A stretch of 64,000 bases of DNA from NCBI GenBank assembly GCA_963816145.1, contig CAWFJP010000029.1, positions 430,723-494,722 of the forward strand, in the 5' to 3' direction. Shown piece after piece: positions 40,252-50,225 of the stretch. Position numbers and translations under genes: made by a program. The notes beneath the pieces were generated by a model, which was given only the letters and a program-made list of their open reading frames with translations, was not told where the DNA came from and did not search any database. Origin of the DNA: an uncultured delta proteobacterium (GTDB taxonomy: Bacteria > Desulfobacterota > Binatia > UBA9968). Positions within the stretch are counted from its first letter, which is position 1, and each line of letters begins with the position of its first letter.

Positions 40252-41146
40252 ACCTTCGGCGCTCTTTCCCGGCGCGCGCATCGGTGTCATCGCGCCGGCT
40301 GGGCGCGTTGATCGCGTTTCGCTCTTGGCTGGGGTCGCAGCGATCGAGGCCCAAGGCTATGCGGTGGAACTTGCCCAGGGAGTTTTCCTGGCCAACGGGT
40401 ATCTTGCCGGCGACGCCGCCGGCCGGGCAGGCGATTTAACCAACTTCTTTCGCCGGGACGATATTGCAGCGATCTTTTGTGCGCGCGGCGGGTTCGGGTC
40501 AATTCAAATGCTCGGTTTCTTGAGCGACGGGTTGAAGAAACATCCCAAGATATTTGTCGGTTACAGCGATATTACGATACTGCTCGAGTGGCTGCGTACT
40601 CGCTGCGGCATGGTGACTTTTCATGGGCCGATGGTGGCGATGGACTTGGCGCACGGCTTATCTGATCGGAGCGGCGATCACTTTTGGGGCATGTTGAGCG
40701 GCCGTAGTCGAGCCTGGAAACTGCCGTTGGGGGAGGTCATTCGCAACGGCCGGGTCGAAGCAGAGATGACCGGAGGCTGTTTGTCAATGCTTGTCACCAC
40801 GCTAGGAACGGCCTACGAGATCGACACCCGTGGTCGAATTCTCCTTCTTGAGGATGTCGGCGAACGGCCCTATCGCGTCGAACGCATGCTAACCCACTTG
40901 AAGATGGCCGGTAAGCTTGACCATCCGGCTGGTGTAGTGTTTGGTGATTTCACCGATTGCGAGGGCGAGGGGCCGCGCGATGTCCGCGCGGTGGTCCGCG
41001 ATTTGTTTGCTCGAGCGCCCTATCCGGTGGTGATGGGGCTACCGGCCGGCCACGGTGAGGAGAACTTGGCACTGCCCTTTGGCGTCAAGATGCGTTTGGA
41101 CGGCGACGGTGCGACATTGGAAATGTTGGAGTCGCCTGTTTTGTAG
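40238..41146 (+). CDS. ldcA: LD-carboxypeptidase (peptidase S66)
   Basis: IGVIAPAG, ARGGFG, GYSDIT, FHGPM, LLEDVGE and GH motifs. Confidence 0.92.
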   Translation: MAVHKPSALFPGARIGVIAPAGRVDRVSLLAGVAAIEAQGYAVELAQGVFLANGYLAGDAAGRAGDLTNFFRRDDIAAIFCARGGFGSIQMLGFLSDGLKKHPKIFVGYSDITILLEWLRTRCGMVTFHGPMVAMDLAHGLSDRSGDHFWGMLSGRSRAWKLPLGEVIRNGRVEAEMTGGCLSMLVTTLGTAYEIDTRGRILLLEDVGERPYRVERMLTHLKMAGKLDHPAGVVFGDFTDCEGEGPRDVRAVVRDLFARAPYPVVMGLPAGHGEENLALPFGVKMRLDGDGATLEMLESPVL

Positions 41147-41212
41147 GGTGCTTCGCCAACGACGACGCGGCGCGAACCAGCGCTCGCGGCATACTTGGAC
41201 AATCTAAAATTT

Positions 41213-42346
41213 ATGGCCATGGATTTTCAACCGGTCGAGAACGCTTTCAATGAGGCGGTCGCTCAAGGCGTCTTTCCCGGTGCGGTGGTGCTGGTGTGCA
41301 AGGACGAGCAGATCGTTTTCGAGAAAGCGTTTGGCTATCGCTCGTTGTTGCCACAAAAGAATCCGATGCAGTCCGATACGATCTTCGATCTCGCATCGTT
41401 GACTAAACCGATGGCGACTACCGTGGCGATCATGCTGCTGGTGAACGAAAAGAAGTTGCGCACCGACGATAAGCTGACCCGTATCATCCCCATGTTTGGG
41501 GTGTTCGGCAAGAGTATGACGACTTTTCGCCACCTGCTCAGCCACTCATCCGGGTTGGCGGCGTGGAGGCCCTATTACGAAGAGATCATTAAAAGTGAAA
41601 AGGCCGGGCGGATCAATTTTGTCGTCAGCCGCGCGGCGAAAAGCTATGTCCTGGAGCAAATCCACCGCGACAAACCGTTGAGCTCTCCGGGCACTCAGGC
41701 GCTCTATAGCGATCTCGGGTTCATGGTGTTGGCGGAAGCCGTCGAGACCGTATCGAGCAGCGGTTTGGACCGCTTCTGCCAGGAGCGCATCTTTAAACCC
41801 CTCGGACTGCGCTCAACCGGCTTCGTCGATCTTACCGAGTTGCGCAAACGACGGCTGCAACCGGTCGAAGAGATGATCGCGCCCACCGAGAACTGTCCGT
41901 GGCGTAAAAAAATACTCTGCGGTGAAGTGCATGATGACAACGCCTATGCCATGGGCGGTGTGTGCGGCCATGCCGGACTGTTTTCGTCAGCGCGTGACGT
42001 GCATACTTTTCTATTGCGTATGAACCGCTGTCTGGAAGGCAAGGATGATTTCTTGCCGCAAGCGGTGTTGCAGGAATTCTTAACCAAAGATAGCTCGGTG
42101 CCGAACTCGACCTATGCGCTGGGCTGGGACACGCCGTCACCGGTCAATTCATCGAGCGGCACGCTATTTTCGCCCCGTTCCGTCGGCCATCTCGGTTTCA
42201 CCGGCTGTTCGATGTGGTGGGATATTGAAAAGAATTGTCACGTCATCTTGTTGACCAATCGAGTGCACCCAAGCCGCAAGAATGAAAAGATTCGCGACTT
42301 CCGTCCCCATGTGCACGACCTGATTATGAAAGCGCTTTTTCCATGA
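41213..42346 (+). CDS. Beta-lactamase-family serine hydrolase
   Basis: FDLASLTK, LLSHSSG, YSDLGF, GEVHDDNA, GHAGLF, GHLGFTG and LTNRVHP motifs. Confidence 0.9.
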   Translation: MAMDFQPVENAFNEAVAQGVFPGAVVLVCKDEQIVFEKAFGYRSLLPQKNPMQSDTIFDLASLTKPMATTVAIMLLVNEKKLRTDDKLTRIIPMFGVFGKSMTTFRHLLSHSSGLAAWRPYYEEIIKSEKAGRINFVVSRAAKSYVLEQIHRDKPLSSPGTQALYSDLGFMVLAEAVETVSSSGLDRFCQERIFKPLGLRSTGFVDLTELRKRRLQPVEEMIAPTENCPWRKKILCGEVHDDNAYAMGGVCGHAGLFSSARDVHTFLLRMNRCLEGKDDFLPQAVLQEFLTKDSSVPNSTYALGWDTPSPVNSSSGTLFSPRSVGHLGFTGCSMWWDIEKNCHVILLTNRVHPSRKNEKIRDFRPHVHDLIMKALFP

Positions 42347-43758
42347 ACGACTTGCCGGCAGCGGGAAGCCATATTCATTTAACCGCGATCTGCGGCGTTG
42401 GCATGGCCTCTCTGGCGGGGCTATTGAAGGCGCGCGGCTATCGCATCACCGGATCGGATCAAAACATTTATCCGCCGATGAGCACTTATTTGGCCGACAT
42501 CGGCATTCATGTCCTCGGCGGCTTTCGCGGCGAACATCTGCTGCCGCGACCCGATCTCGTGGTCATCGGCAACGCGGTGTCGCGCGACAATCCCGAAGCC
42601 GAAGCGGTGTTGGCCCAAGCTATTGAATATATTTCCTTTCCCCAGGCGCTGGGCCGCTTTCTCATCGGCGCGCGCAGCTCGCTGGTGGTCGCCGGCACCC
42701 ATGGAAAGACGACGACAAGCGCGTTGGCCGCCTGGGTGCTTACGAGCGTCGGACTCGATCCTGGCTTCTTTGTCGGCGGCGTGCCGCTCAATTTTGGCAG
42801 TGGTTGGAATGCCGGCACCGGCGAGCATGTTGTGCTCGAAGGCGATGAGTATGACACCGCCTTTTTCGACAAAGGACCAAAGTTTCTGCACTACCGTCCG
42901 AAGCATGTCATCTTGACCAGCGTCGAGTTCGACCACGCCGATATATACCGCGATCTCGCTCATGTGAAGAGCGCTTTTGCCAAGCTCGTCGATATTGTTC
43001 CCGCAGATGGTTCGCTGGTCGTGTGCAGCGACTATCCCGAGGCGGTTGCGGTAGCGCGCGCCGTCAAGGCTCCATCGACCACTTACGGTGAGTCCGGCGA
43101 TTGGACCGCCACGAATATCAAATTCGACCAAGGGCGAAGTCTCTTTGAACCCTGTTTCAAGGGCCGATCGGAGGGGCTGGTCGAGGCAGCGGTCATTGGC
43201 CGGCACAATGTCAAAAACGCCTTGTCGGTTTATATCATGGGCCGAAACTTGGGGATCGCTCACGACCGACTGCTCGACGGCTTTGGCACTTTTAAAGGGG
43301 TCAAACGGCGCCAAGAAGTGCGCGGTGAAAAACACGGCGTCTTGGTGATGGACGACTTCGCGCATCATCCAACCGCGGTGCGCGAAACCATCGATGCGGT
43401 CCGCGCCGCTTATGCGGGTCGCAGGCTTTGGGCGATTTTCGAACCGCGCAGCAATACCAGCAAACGCAATGTTTTCGAAAAAGAATTCGCCGCGGCGCTG
43501 GCGTTGGCCGACAAGACCGTTGTCGCCGGTGTTTACCAACCTGAGAAAGTCCCCGAAGGCCAGCGCTTGTCGGTCGACGGGCTGGTCGATGAGATCAATC
43601 GAGTTGGCGGCGCTGGGCGGGCGCTGACCATCGCCGACTCGGCTGCAATCGCCGATTATGTGGCGCGCAATAGCCGGGCTGGGGACGTGCTACTAGTGAT
43701 GTCCAACGGCGGTTTTGACGGTGTCCACGACAAGATTCTGCAGGCTCTAACCGGCTAA
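42343..43758 (+). CDS. mpl: Murein peptide ligase (UDP-MurNAc:L-Ala-D-Glu-mDAP ligase)
   Basis: YPPMST, AGTHGKTTT, EGDEYDTAFFDK, DFAHHPTA, EPRSNT and MSNGGF motifs. Confidence 0.93.
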   Translation: MNDLPAAGSHIHLTAICGVGMASLAGLLKARGYRITGSDQNIYPPMSTYLADIGIHVLGGFRGEHLLPRPDLVVIGNAVSRDNPEAEAVLAQAIEYISFPQALGRFLIGARSSLVVAGTHGKTTTSALAAWVLTSVGLDPGFFVGGVPLNFGSGWNAGTGEHVVLEGDEYDTAFFDKGPKFLHYRPKHVILTSVEFDHADIYRDLAHVKSAFAKLVDIVPADGSLVVCSDYPEAVAVARAVKAPSTTYGESGDWTATNIKFDQGRSLFEPCFKGRSEGLVEAAVIGRHNVKNALSVYIMGRNLGIAHDRLLDGFGTFKGVKRRQEVRGEKHGVLVMDDFAHHPTAVRETIDAVRAAYAGRRLWAIFEPRSNTSKRNVFEKEFAAALALADKTVVAGVYQPEKVPEGQRLSVDGLVDEINRVGGAGRALTIADSAAIADYVARNSRAGDVLLVMSNGGFDGVHDKILQALTG

Positions 43759-43974
43759 ATAGCGCTGGGCGCACTCTTCGCTGCAAAAATACTTTCCGTA
43801 GCGCGTCACAGCTTCTGATTTCGGCACATAGGTTTGGCATTGGGGATCGAGCACCATTTGTTCGCCGAGTTGCGCTGGATCCGCCGGCTTTTGGCCGCCG
43901 CGCAGCAGCGGCTTCAATGCCGAGTAGACGATGTAAATGATGATGAAAAGAAAAACTAAGCGGAGCAGAGTCAT
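43747..43974 (-). CDS. Small membrane protein with YHS/TRASH-like Cys motif
   Basis: TM helix followed by MVLDPQCQTYVP...YFCSEEC. Confidence 0.8.
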   Translation of the reverse strand: MTLLRLVFLFIIIYIVYSALKPLLRGGQKPADPAQLGEQMVLDPQCQTYVPKSEAVTRYGKYFCSEECAQRYLAG

Positions 43975-44006
43975 GTCGCTCCTAACTTGAGGGATGTGGA
44001 ACTTCC

Positions 44007-44510
44007 TTAGACATGAAAGAGATGAATCTTCTTGTCGTCTTTGACGTTGATGAGGAGCTCTGAGATCGTGACCCCGAGTTCCGGGTGAATCACTTGCGGT
44101 GCGATCTCACTCAATGGGATTAGAACGAACTTACGCCTCGGCATTTCCGGATGGGGGATGCGCAGGTTTTTTTTCTTCACCACGGCCAAATCGTAGAGCA
44201 AGATATCGAGGTCAATGATCCGCGCGCCCCAGCGTTTCTTGACCTTTTTGCGGCCCATGGCGCGCTCGATGTTTTTGAATTTATCGAGCAGCACCTCCGG
44301 TTTGAACTTGGTCTCGATCTCGATGGCGCCATTGACGTACCAGTCTTTGGAATCGCCCAGCGGTTCGCTTTCATAGAGTGACGACTCTTTGATCACCCGC
44401 GTGTCGGGCAGTTTGCCGACGCGCTCCACGGCCTCGAAAAAGTTTTCCCGCTTGTTGCCCACATTGGACCCGATGCCGATGTAGACTTGATGGGTGATGG
44501 CGTTAGCCAT
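44007..44510 (-). CDS. folK: 2-amino-4-hydroxy-6-hydroxymethyldihydropteridine diphosphokinase
   Basis: YIGIGSN, SSLYESEP, RIIDLDIL, IPHP and FVLIPL motifs. Confidence 0.97.
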   Translation of the reverse strand: MANAITHQVYIGIGSNVGNKRENFFEAVERVGKLPDTRVIKESSLYESEPLGDSKDWYVNGAIEIETKFKPEVLLDKFKNIERAMGRKKVKKRWGARIIDLDILLYDLAVVKKKNLRIPHPEMPRRKFVLIPLSEIAPQVIHPELGVTISELLINVKDDKKIHLFHV

Positions 44511-44533
44511 GGTGCCGTTTGGGAAAGGGCGTG

Positions 44534-45706
44534 CTAAAGCTTGACGCGGCGAATCCTTTCCGCAACCTCCCGCAGTCGTTCTTTGTCGACACAGACGGTA
44601 AAGCGGACATAGCCTTCCCCGGCTTCACCGAATCCATTACCCGGAGTGGTGACTACCCCGGCTTCGTCGAGCAATTTGGTCGTAAAGTCGGCCGAGGATA
44701 GCCCTTTGGGACAACTCACCCAGACGTAGAATGTTGCCTTGGGTTTCTCGCATTCGAGACCGACGGCGCGCAGACCTTCGACCAAAATATCGCGCCGCTC
44801 TTGGTAAATTTTACGTGACGGTTCGACGATCTGATCGCCCAATCTAAGCGCTTCGATGCCGGCTTCCTGCACGGCCTGGAAGATGCCCGAATCGAGATTG
44901 GATTTTGCTTGCGCTAAGCCGCCGACTAGTTCCGGATTGCCCACAGCCATGCCGATGCGCCAGCCGGTCATGTTGAAGGTCTTTGACAGCGAATGAAATT
45001 CGATGCCCACCTCGCGGGCGCCGTCGACTTCGAGAAAGCTCATGGGGCGGTAGCCGTCGTAACCCATCTCGGTATAGGCGGCATCATGGCAGACGATGAC
45101 GTTGTACTTGTTCGCGAAGGCCACGACACGCTGGTAAAAGTCTTTGTCCGCCACCGCGGCGGTGGGATTGTTCGGATAGTTGATCCACAGCAGCTTGGCT
45201 TGCTTGGCGATGTCCGCCGGGATCGCTTCAAGGTCCGGCAAAAAATGATTTTCTTTTTTCAATGGCAGAAAGTAATTCTTGCCGCCGTTGAAGGCGGTGC
45301 CGATATGGTAGACCGGATAACAAGGGCTCGACACCAGAACGACGTCGCCGGGATCGACGAATGCCACAGCCATGTTGCCGATGCCTTCTTTGGAGCCGAT
45401 TAACGAGCAGACTTCTTTGCCAGGGTCCAGAGTCACGCCAAAACGGGATCTATACCAATTCGAAACCGCCTGGCGGAACTCAGGCATCCCCGAGCTGTTC
45501 GGATAACGATGGTTGACCGGCCGACTGGCGCCTTCTAAGAGCTTCTCGACAACTGTTGAAGGCGTAGGGATATCGGGGTCGCCGATACCGAGATCGATAA
45601 GATCTACTCCCCGGCTCAGCGCTTCCCGTTTGCGCCGGTCGATTTCAGCGAAGAGGTAAGGGGGTAAGTCGTTGATTCGTTTAGCTTTTTTAATCGTGAG
45701 AGACAA
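44534..45706 (-). CDS. dapL: LL-diaminopimelate aminotransferase
   Basis: LPPYLFA, LGIGDPD, LIGSKEG, NYPNNPT and EFHSLSKTFNMTGWR motifs. Confidence 0.85.
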   Translation of the reverse strand: MSLTIKKAKRINDLPPYLFAEIDRRKREALSRGVDLIDLGIGDPDIPTPSTVVEKLLEGASRPVNHRYPNSSGMPEFRQAVSNWYRSRFGVTLDPGKEVCSLIGSKEGIGNMAVAFVDPGDVVLVSSPCYPVYHIGTAFNGGKNYFLPLKKENHFLPDLEAIPADIAKQAKLLWINYPNNPTAAVADKDFYQRVVAFANKYNVIVCHDAAYTEMGYDGYRPMSFLEVDGAREVGIEFHSLSKTFNMTGWRIGMAVGNPELVGGLAQAKSNLDSGIFQAVQEAGIEALRLGDQIVEPSRKIYQERRDILVEGLRAVGLECEKPKATFYVWVSCPKGLSSADFTTKLLDEAGVVTTPGNGFGEAGEGYVRFTVCVDKERLREVAERIRRVKL

Positions 45707-45827
45707 TGCTCGCGGTCCTCCGTTAGAAAATCGACCTGGTTTTACCTGTTTTTTGCAGGTTTGACAACCGTCTGGACTACCGGCGTTTTTTGCGATGCGT
45801 AGGAAAAATCGCTAGGATGAGTTGACT

Positions 45828-46325
45828 ATGGACCTCATCATCGACGGCTACAACCTGTTGGCGCTTGATCGGCGATTGGACCGCGGGTTGGAACAAAGCC
45901 GAAATTCACTTATCAATCATCTCGTGCGCTACCGCCAGGTAAAATCGCTGAATTTGACTGTGGTCTTCGATGGCTGGCGTTCTGGTTCAGCGACCGAAAC
46001 CCGCCTTGCCCAGGATGGGATTAGTATCGTCTATTCACGCTTGGGTGAAAAAGCTGATGCCGTGGTTATCCGCTTGGCCCGTGAAAAGAGCAGCGGCGCG
46101 GTGGTCGTGTCGTCCGATCGAGAAATCCGCAACGCCGTCGAGCGCTTCGGCGCTGTGGCGATTCACGCCCAAGAATTTAATGATATCCTACAGGAGTTGG
46201 ATTTCCCGGGCGGGGAAGACGGCTTTGACGATTGGCAAGATCGGCCATCGGATCGAACCAGGGCCAATCGTCTCTCAAAAGCGGACCGCAAGCGCCAGGA
46301 CAAACTGCGCAAGCTGCGTCTCTAG
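45828..46325 (+). CDS. NYN domain protein (YacP/Rae1-like RNase)
   Basis: IIDGYN, VVFDG, EKADAV and VVSSDREI motifs. Confidence 0.88.
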   Translation: MDLIIDGYNLLALDRRLDRGLEQSRNSLINHLVRYRQVKSLNLTVVFDGWRSGSATETRLAQDGISIVYSRLGEKADAVVIRLAREKSSGAVVVSSDREIRNAVERFGAVAIHAQEFNDILQELDFPGGEDGFDDWQDRPSDRTRANRLSKADRKRQDKLRKLRL

Positions 46326-46339
46326 TCTAGCGGGAGAAA

Positions 46340-47011
46340 CTACTTGCTTTGCGGACGGTCGACCTTGTTCAATAAGCCGTTTTGAAATGTCAGTACCGAC
46401 CCGTCCGGGTAGAGCCATTGTTCTTCAGCGCCTTTGATCGGTCCGCGCACTTTGATCACCCGGGTCGGTGGCCCGAGCACGTTTTTTATTTCAACGGTAT
46501 TCAGTCCCGGAATCGGTTGTTTTTTGATCGCCGCGTCCTTTATCGCCGGTGACCAGGGCTGCGCCTGGATCCACGCGATACGTTTCTTGTCGGCTTCGGC
46601 GGCTTCAGCGGCTTTGCTTTTTTCTTCGGCCGCTGGATCGGCGGTGACGATGGTCAGATTGAGTGCTTCGAGAAATTGCTCCGGGCTGATGTAGCCTTCC
46701 TGGCCGTTCTCACGCTTGATTTTGTAGTACGGGTCTTTGGCGGCTTGTCCGACCAGCTCGATAATCTGAAAAGACTCAACCGCGTCGACGCGAATGAGTT
46801 TGGCGTTAGGCGCCGGAGCGGCGCCAAAACTCGGCCCCTTGCCGTTCACCGGCTGACTCCAATATGTCTGTCCCACCCGACTCGCCAATGCTTCCAACTG
46901 CTTGGCGGTGTAGTGGTTCGACCCCCAAGCCGGACCGCCCAAGCCGAGTAGCAGCGACGTATATAGCGAGGCGGCGAAAGTCAGGCGGATTGTTGTTGTC
47001 GAGTGCTTCAT
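46340..47011 (-). CDS. Exported hypothetical protein (SH3-like region, C-terminal LGPP...EQWLY module)
   Basis: Signal-like N-terminus; YYKIKRENGQEGYI; VLGPP..EEQWLYPDG..LTFQNG. Confidence 0.65.
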   Translation of the reverse strand: MKHSTTTIRLTFAASLYTSLLLGLGGPAWGSNHYTAKQLEALASRVGQTYWSQPVNGKGPSFGAAPAPNAKLIRVDAVESFQIIELVGQAAKDPYYKIKRENGQEGYISPEQFLEALNLTIVTADPAAEEKSKAAEAAEADKKRIAWIQAQPWSPAIKDAAIKKQPIPGLNTVEIKNVLGPPTRVIKVRGPIKGAEEQWLYPDGSVLTFQNGLLNKVDRPQSK

Positions 47012-47174
47012 CGAATCGGTCGCTTCTCTGTTACTTTGACGACGCTGGGCGAAAAATCTTTGCTTTAAGAAATTTACCAGCTCTGGGCGGCGACGCAAGC
47101 CAAAACGAGGCCGCTATCATGACAAAGTGCAAGTTGGGCGAGGAATAATGCGGACATCTTTTGGTGGAGAAAAT

Positions 47175-47198
47175 TAAAAGGGGGCCTAATGGCCCCCT
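47175..47198 (-). terminator. Terminator after the tRNA
   Basis: AGGGGGCC-TAAT-GGCCCCCT stem flanked by an A-run. Confidence 0.75.
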
Positions 47199-47209
47199 AA
47201 AAATATTTT

Positions 47210-47286
47210 TGGTTGCGGGGCCGGGATTTGAACCCGGGACCTCAAGGTTATGAGCCTTGCGAGCTGCCAGACTGCTCCACCCCGCG
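47210..47286 (-). tRNA. tRNA-fMet (CAT), initiator type, CCA encoded
   Basis: CGCGGGGTGGAGCAGTCTGGCAGCTCGCAAGGCTCATAACCTTGAGGTCCCGGGTTCAAATCCCGGCCCCGCAACCA; C1:A72 mismatch and A11:U24 pair. Confidence 0.96.
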
Positions 47287-47347
47287 ATAATCTGTCGAGT
47301 GATCTTTCTACCTTGCGCTTTTCGTGGAGTCAAGGTAGGGAAGCGGC

Positions 47348-47770
47348 ATGAGTGAGAATTCCCGCAATCCATTTCCGACGGTCGACATTATTATTGAAAT
47401 CGACGGCGGCATCGTGCTGATCGAGAGAAAAAATCCGCCGCCGGGATGGGCGATGCCAGGCGGATTCGTCGACTACGGCGAGAGTGTTGAGCGCGCGGCG
47501 GTGCGCGAAGCCAAGGAAGAAACCTGTTTAGATGTGAGGTTGGTCGAGCAGTTCTACACCTACTCCGATCCACAGCGCGATCCGCGCCATCACACTTTGG
47601 CGGTGGTGTTTATTGCGACGGCCCAGGGCACGCCGCGAGGCGCCGACGATGCGCGCGTGGCAAAGATCTTTTTCGAGAATGGTTTGCCTGTGCCGATCGC
47701 TTTCGACCACGCGGAAATCCTGCGCGATTATTTTCACTTCAAGAAAACCGGCCAACGGCCAAAGCCGTAG
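47348..47770 (+). CDS. NUDIX hydrolase
   Basis: [23 protein letters not shown] Nudix box; RDPR and GADDA motifs. Confidence 0.93.
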   Translation: MSENSRNPFPTVDIIIEIDGGIVLIERKNPPPGWAMPGGFVDYGESVERAAVREAKEETCLDVRLVEQFYTYSDPQRDPRHHTLAVVFIATAQGTPRGADDARVAKIFFENGLPVPIAFDHAEILRDYFHFKKTGQRPKP

Positions 47771-47819
47771 TTCCTTGGCGGCAATGGCCTTGCGCTCTGC
47801 GCGGAAAGGAAAATCCATC

Positions 47820-47899
47820 TCACCACGAAGGCACGAAGAGCACGAAGGTTTCGGATAAACGATTTTCCCACCTACGTGCTCTTCGTGCCTTCGTGGTGA
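47820..47899. repeat. 9-bp tandem-inverted element TCACCACGAAG ... CTTCGTGGTGA
   Basis: caccacgaag gcacgaag agcacgaag gtttcgga ... ctacgtgct cttcgtgc cttcgtggtga. Confidence 0.88.
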
Positions 47900-47917
47900 A
47901 AACTCTGAATGTGGAAA

Positions 47918-49114
47918 TTAGCTAAGCTTCGCTACTGCGTCGCTAACGCGCTTGCAACCCTTCTCAATATCTGCCAGCGAGGTCGCATAGGAAAACCGGA
48001 TATGCTGTTGCGAGCCGAAGTCTTCTCCTGGTACGCCGGCAACCTTGGCTTCGTCGAGCAGGTAATCGGCGACATCGCAGGGCGAACTTAGCTTCTTGCC
48101 ATTGGCAGATTTACCGATCAGGCCGGCGATGTTGGGGAATACGTAAAATGCCCCTTCCGGTTTAAGACAGTGAAAGCCCGGAATCGCATTGAGGCGCTCG
48201 ACGATTACGTCCCGCCGCTTGTGGAACTCGCGGACCATCATCGTGACCGATTCCTGCGGGCCGCGCACCGCTTCCAATGCCGCCCACTGGGCGATGGAGG
48301 TTGGGTTCGAGGTGCTCTGACTTTGAATTTTCCCCGCTGCGGCGATGACGTCGCTCGCGCCCATCGCGTAACCGATACGCCAACCAGTCATGGCGTAGGT
48401 TTTCGAAACGCCGTTGATGATCAGTGTGCGCTCACGTAGATTGGGACAAAGCGCGACGAGGTTATGCACTTCAAAGCCGTCGTAAACGATTTTTTCGTAA
48501 ATATCGTCGGCAAAAATCAGACAGGGGTGTTTTTCCAGAACCTTCCCAATTGCCAACAGCTCGTCCTTGCTGTAAGTCGCGCCGGTGGGATTGCACGGAC
48601 TGTTCAAGAAAAAAACTTTTGTGCGCGCCGTAAGGCCGGCTTGCAGATGTTCGGGTTTGATGCGGAATCCTGTCGACTCGTCGGTGGGAATGAGCTTCGG
48701 CACGCCATTGGCCAGCATCGCCATGTCGGCGTAGCTGACCCAATAGGGCGCCGGGATCAACACTTCGTCGCCGGGATTGACCACCGCTTGGAGCAAATTA
48801 TACAACGAGTGCTTGGCGCCGCAGCTGACCACGACGTCTTCCTTGCGGTAACTGAGGCCGTATTCTTTTTGATACTTTTGGACGATCGCCTCGCGCAACG
48901 GTTCGATGCCTTTGACGTCCGTGTACTTGGTCAGGCCTTTGCGCAGCGCTTCGATGGCCGCGTCCTTGATATGCTCCGGTGTGTCGAAATCCGGCTCGCC
49001 GGCGGAAAAATTGACGACATCGATGCCTTCCGCGCGCAGCTTGCCGGCTTTGGCGGCGATCGCCAAGGTTACCGAGGGTTTGATCAGTTTGGTGCGTTCT
49101 GCCAGTACCGTCAT
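47918..49114 (-). CDS. Aspartate aminotransferase family (class I/II PLP) enzyme
   Basis: AGEPDFDTP, GAKHSL, PYWVSY, NSPCNPTG, DDIYE and GVSKTYAMTGWRIG motifs. Confidence 0.92.
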   Translation of the reverse strand: MTVLAERTKLIKPSVTLAIAAKAGKLRAEGIDVVNFSAGEPDFDTPEHIKDAAIEALRKGLTKYTDVKGIEPLREAIVQKYQKEYGLSYRKEDVVVSCGAKHSLYNLLQAVVNPGDEVLIPAPYWVSYADMAMLANGVPKLIPTDESTGFRIKPEHLQAGLTARTKVFFLNSPCNPTGATYSKDELLAIGKVLEKHPCLIFADDIYEKIVYDGFEVHNLVALCPNLRERTLIINGVSKTYAMTGWRIGYAMGASDVIAAAGKIQSQSTSNPTSIAQWAALEAVRGPQESVTMMVREFHKRRDVIVERLNAIPGFHCLKPEGAFYVFPNIAGLIGKSANGKKLSSPCDVADYLLDEAKVAGVPGEDFGSQQHIRFSYATSLADIEKGCKRVSDAVAKLS

Positions 49115-49125
49115 GGCGAAATTCC

Positions 49126-49620
49126 TTAGGCGTTAAATTTCTCTTTGAGTTTCTTGAGCACATTATCCGGCACTAGGCCGGCGACGTTGCCGCCGAGGCT
49201 AACGACTTCTTTGACCAGCCGCGAGCTGGTGTAGAACTCCGACTCTCCGGTCATCATGAAAAAGGTTTCCAGCTTCGGCTTCAACCGGTGGTTCATCATG
49301 GCCATTTGAAATTCATATTCAAAATCTGAGATCGCCCGCAGGCCGCGGATCACTACCGTCGCGCCTCTGCGCTCGCCGTAGTCGACCAGTAGCCCTTGAA
49401 AGGAATCGGCGCTGACGCGGCCGTTGGTCCCGGCGAAGACCTCATTGATCATCTGCAAGCGCTCGTGGACTGTGAACAAAGAGCGGTCTTTATCGGGGTT
49501 GGTTGCGATGGCGACGACGACTTTGTCGAACACTCGCAGAGTGCGGTTCACCAAGTCGACATGGCCGTTGGTGATGGGGTCGAAGGAGCCCGGATAGATC
49601 GCGAGATCATTATTAGCCAT
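49126..49620 (-). CDS. coaD: Phosphopantetheine adenylyltransferase
   Basis: YPGSFDPITNGH, RGLRAISDFEYE and SSRLVKE motifs. Confidence 0.97.
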   Translation of the reverse strand: MANNDLAIYPGSFDPITNGHVDLVNRTLRVFDKVVVAIATNPDKDRSLFTVHERLQMINEVFAGTNGRVSADSFQGLLVDYGERRGATVVIRGLRAISDFEYEFQMAMMNHRLKPKLETFFMMTGESEFYTSSRLVKEVVSLGGNVAGLVPDNVLKKLKEKFNA

Positions 49621-49631
49621 TATGTTTGTCC

Positions 49632-50204
49632 TTATGCTGTCGGATTCATCGCCGCTTGCCTATGGAAGAACGACAAGAAAGTATCACCATAACGGCGCCG
49701 ATCATTCAACACGAGATCGCCGTATCTGGGTTTTATAACTTCCCGTCCGCTGTGTTCGACGACGACCAGGCCAGCCGGGTTGAGCAGGGAACTCTGGCCG
49801 ATGGCGTCCAAGGTTGTCGCAACCAAACCCTTGTCATAGGGCGGATCGACAAAGATCAGATCGAACTTTTCGCCGGCCTTGTCGAGCTTGCGTAGCGAGC
49901 GCGCCACCGGAGCGACCCAAACTTGCGCCCGACGATGCAACTCCAGTCGAGTCAGGTTCTCGCGGATCGCCGCGGCGGAGCGGGCCGACTCGTCGACCAA
50001 CACCGCTTCGACGGCGCCGCGGCTGAGCGCTTCGATGCTGACATTGCCGCTGCCGGCGAACAAGTCGAGCACCCGCAGCTCGGAAAAATCATGGGGCAAA
50101 ATATTAAACAGCGACTCTTTGACCCGCGCCGCCGTGGGCCGGACGGCAAGTCCTTTGGGGACTTTTAGCTTACGGCCGCGCGCCGCTCCGCCGATGACTT
50201 TCAT
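49632..50204 (-). CDS. rsmD: 16S rRNA m2G966 methyltransferase
   Basis: RPT..RVKESLFN, LDLFAGSG, EALSRGA and DPPY motifs; adjacent to coaD. Confidence 0.95.
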   Translation of the reverse strand: MKVIGGAARGRKLKVPKGLAVRPTAARVKESLFNILPHDFSELRVLDLFAGSGNVSIEALSRGAVEAVLVDESARSAAAIRENLTRLELHRRAQVWVAPVARSLRKLDKAGEKFDLIFVDPPYDKGLVATTLDAIGQSSLLNPAGLVVVEHSGREVIKPRYGDLVLNDRRRYGDTFLSFFHRQAAMNPTA

Positions 50205-50225
50205 AAGCATTGAACTTGCGTGCGC

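Noticed and set aside
47210-47286. tRNA as an island integration site
   Set aside because: No duplicated tRNA 3' end or integrase seen; a terminator and ordinary genes follow.
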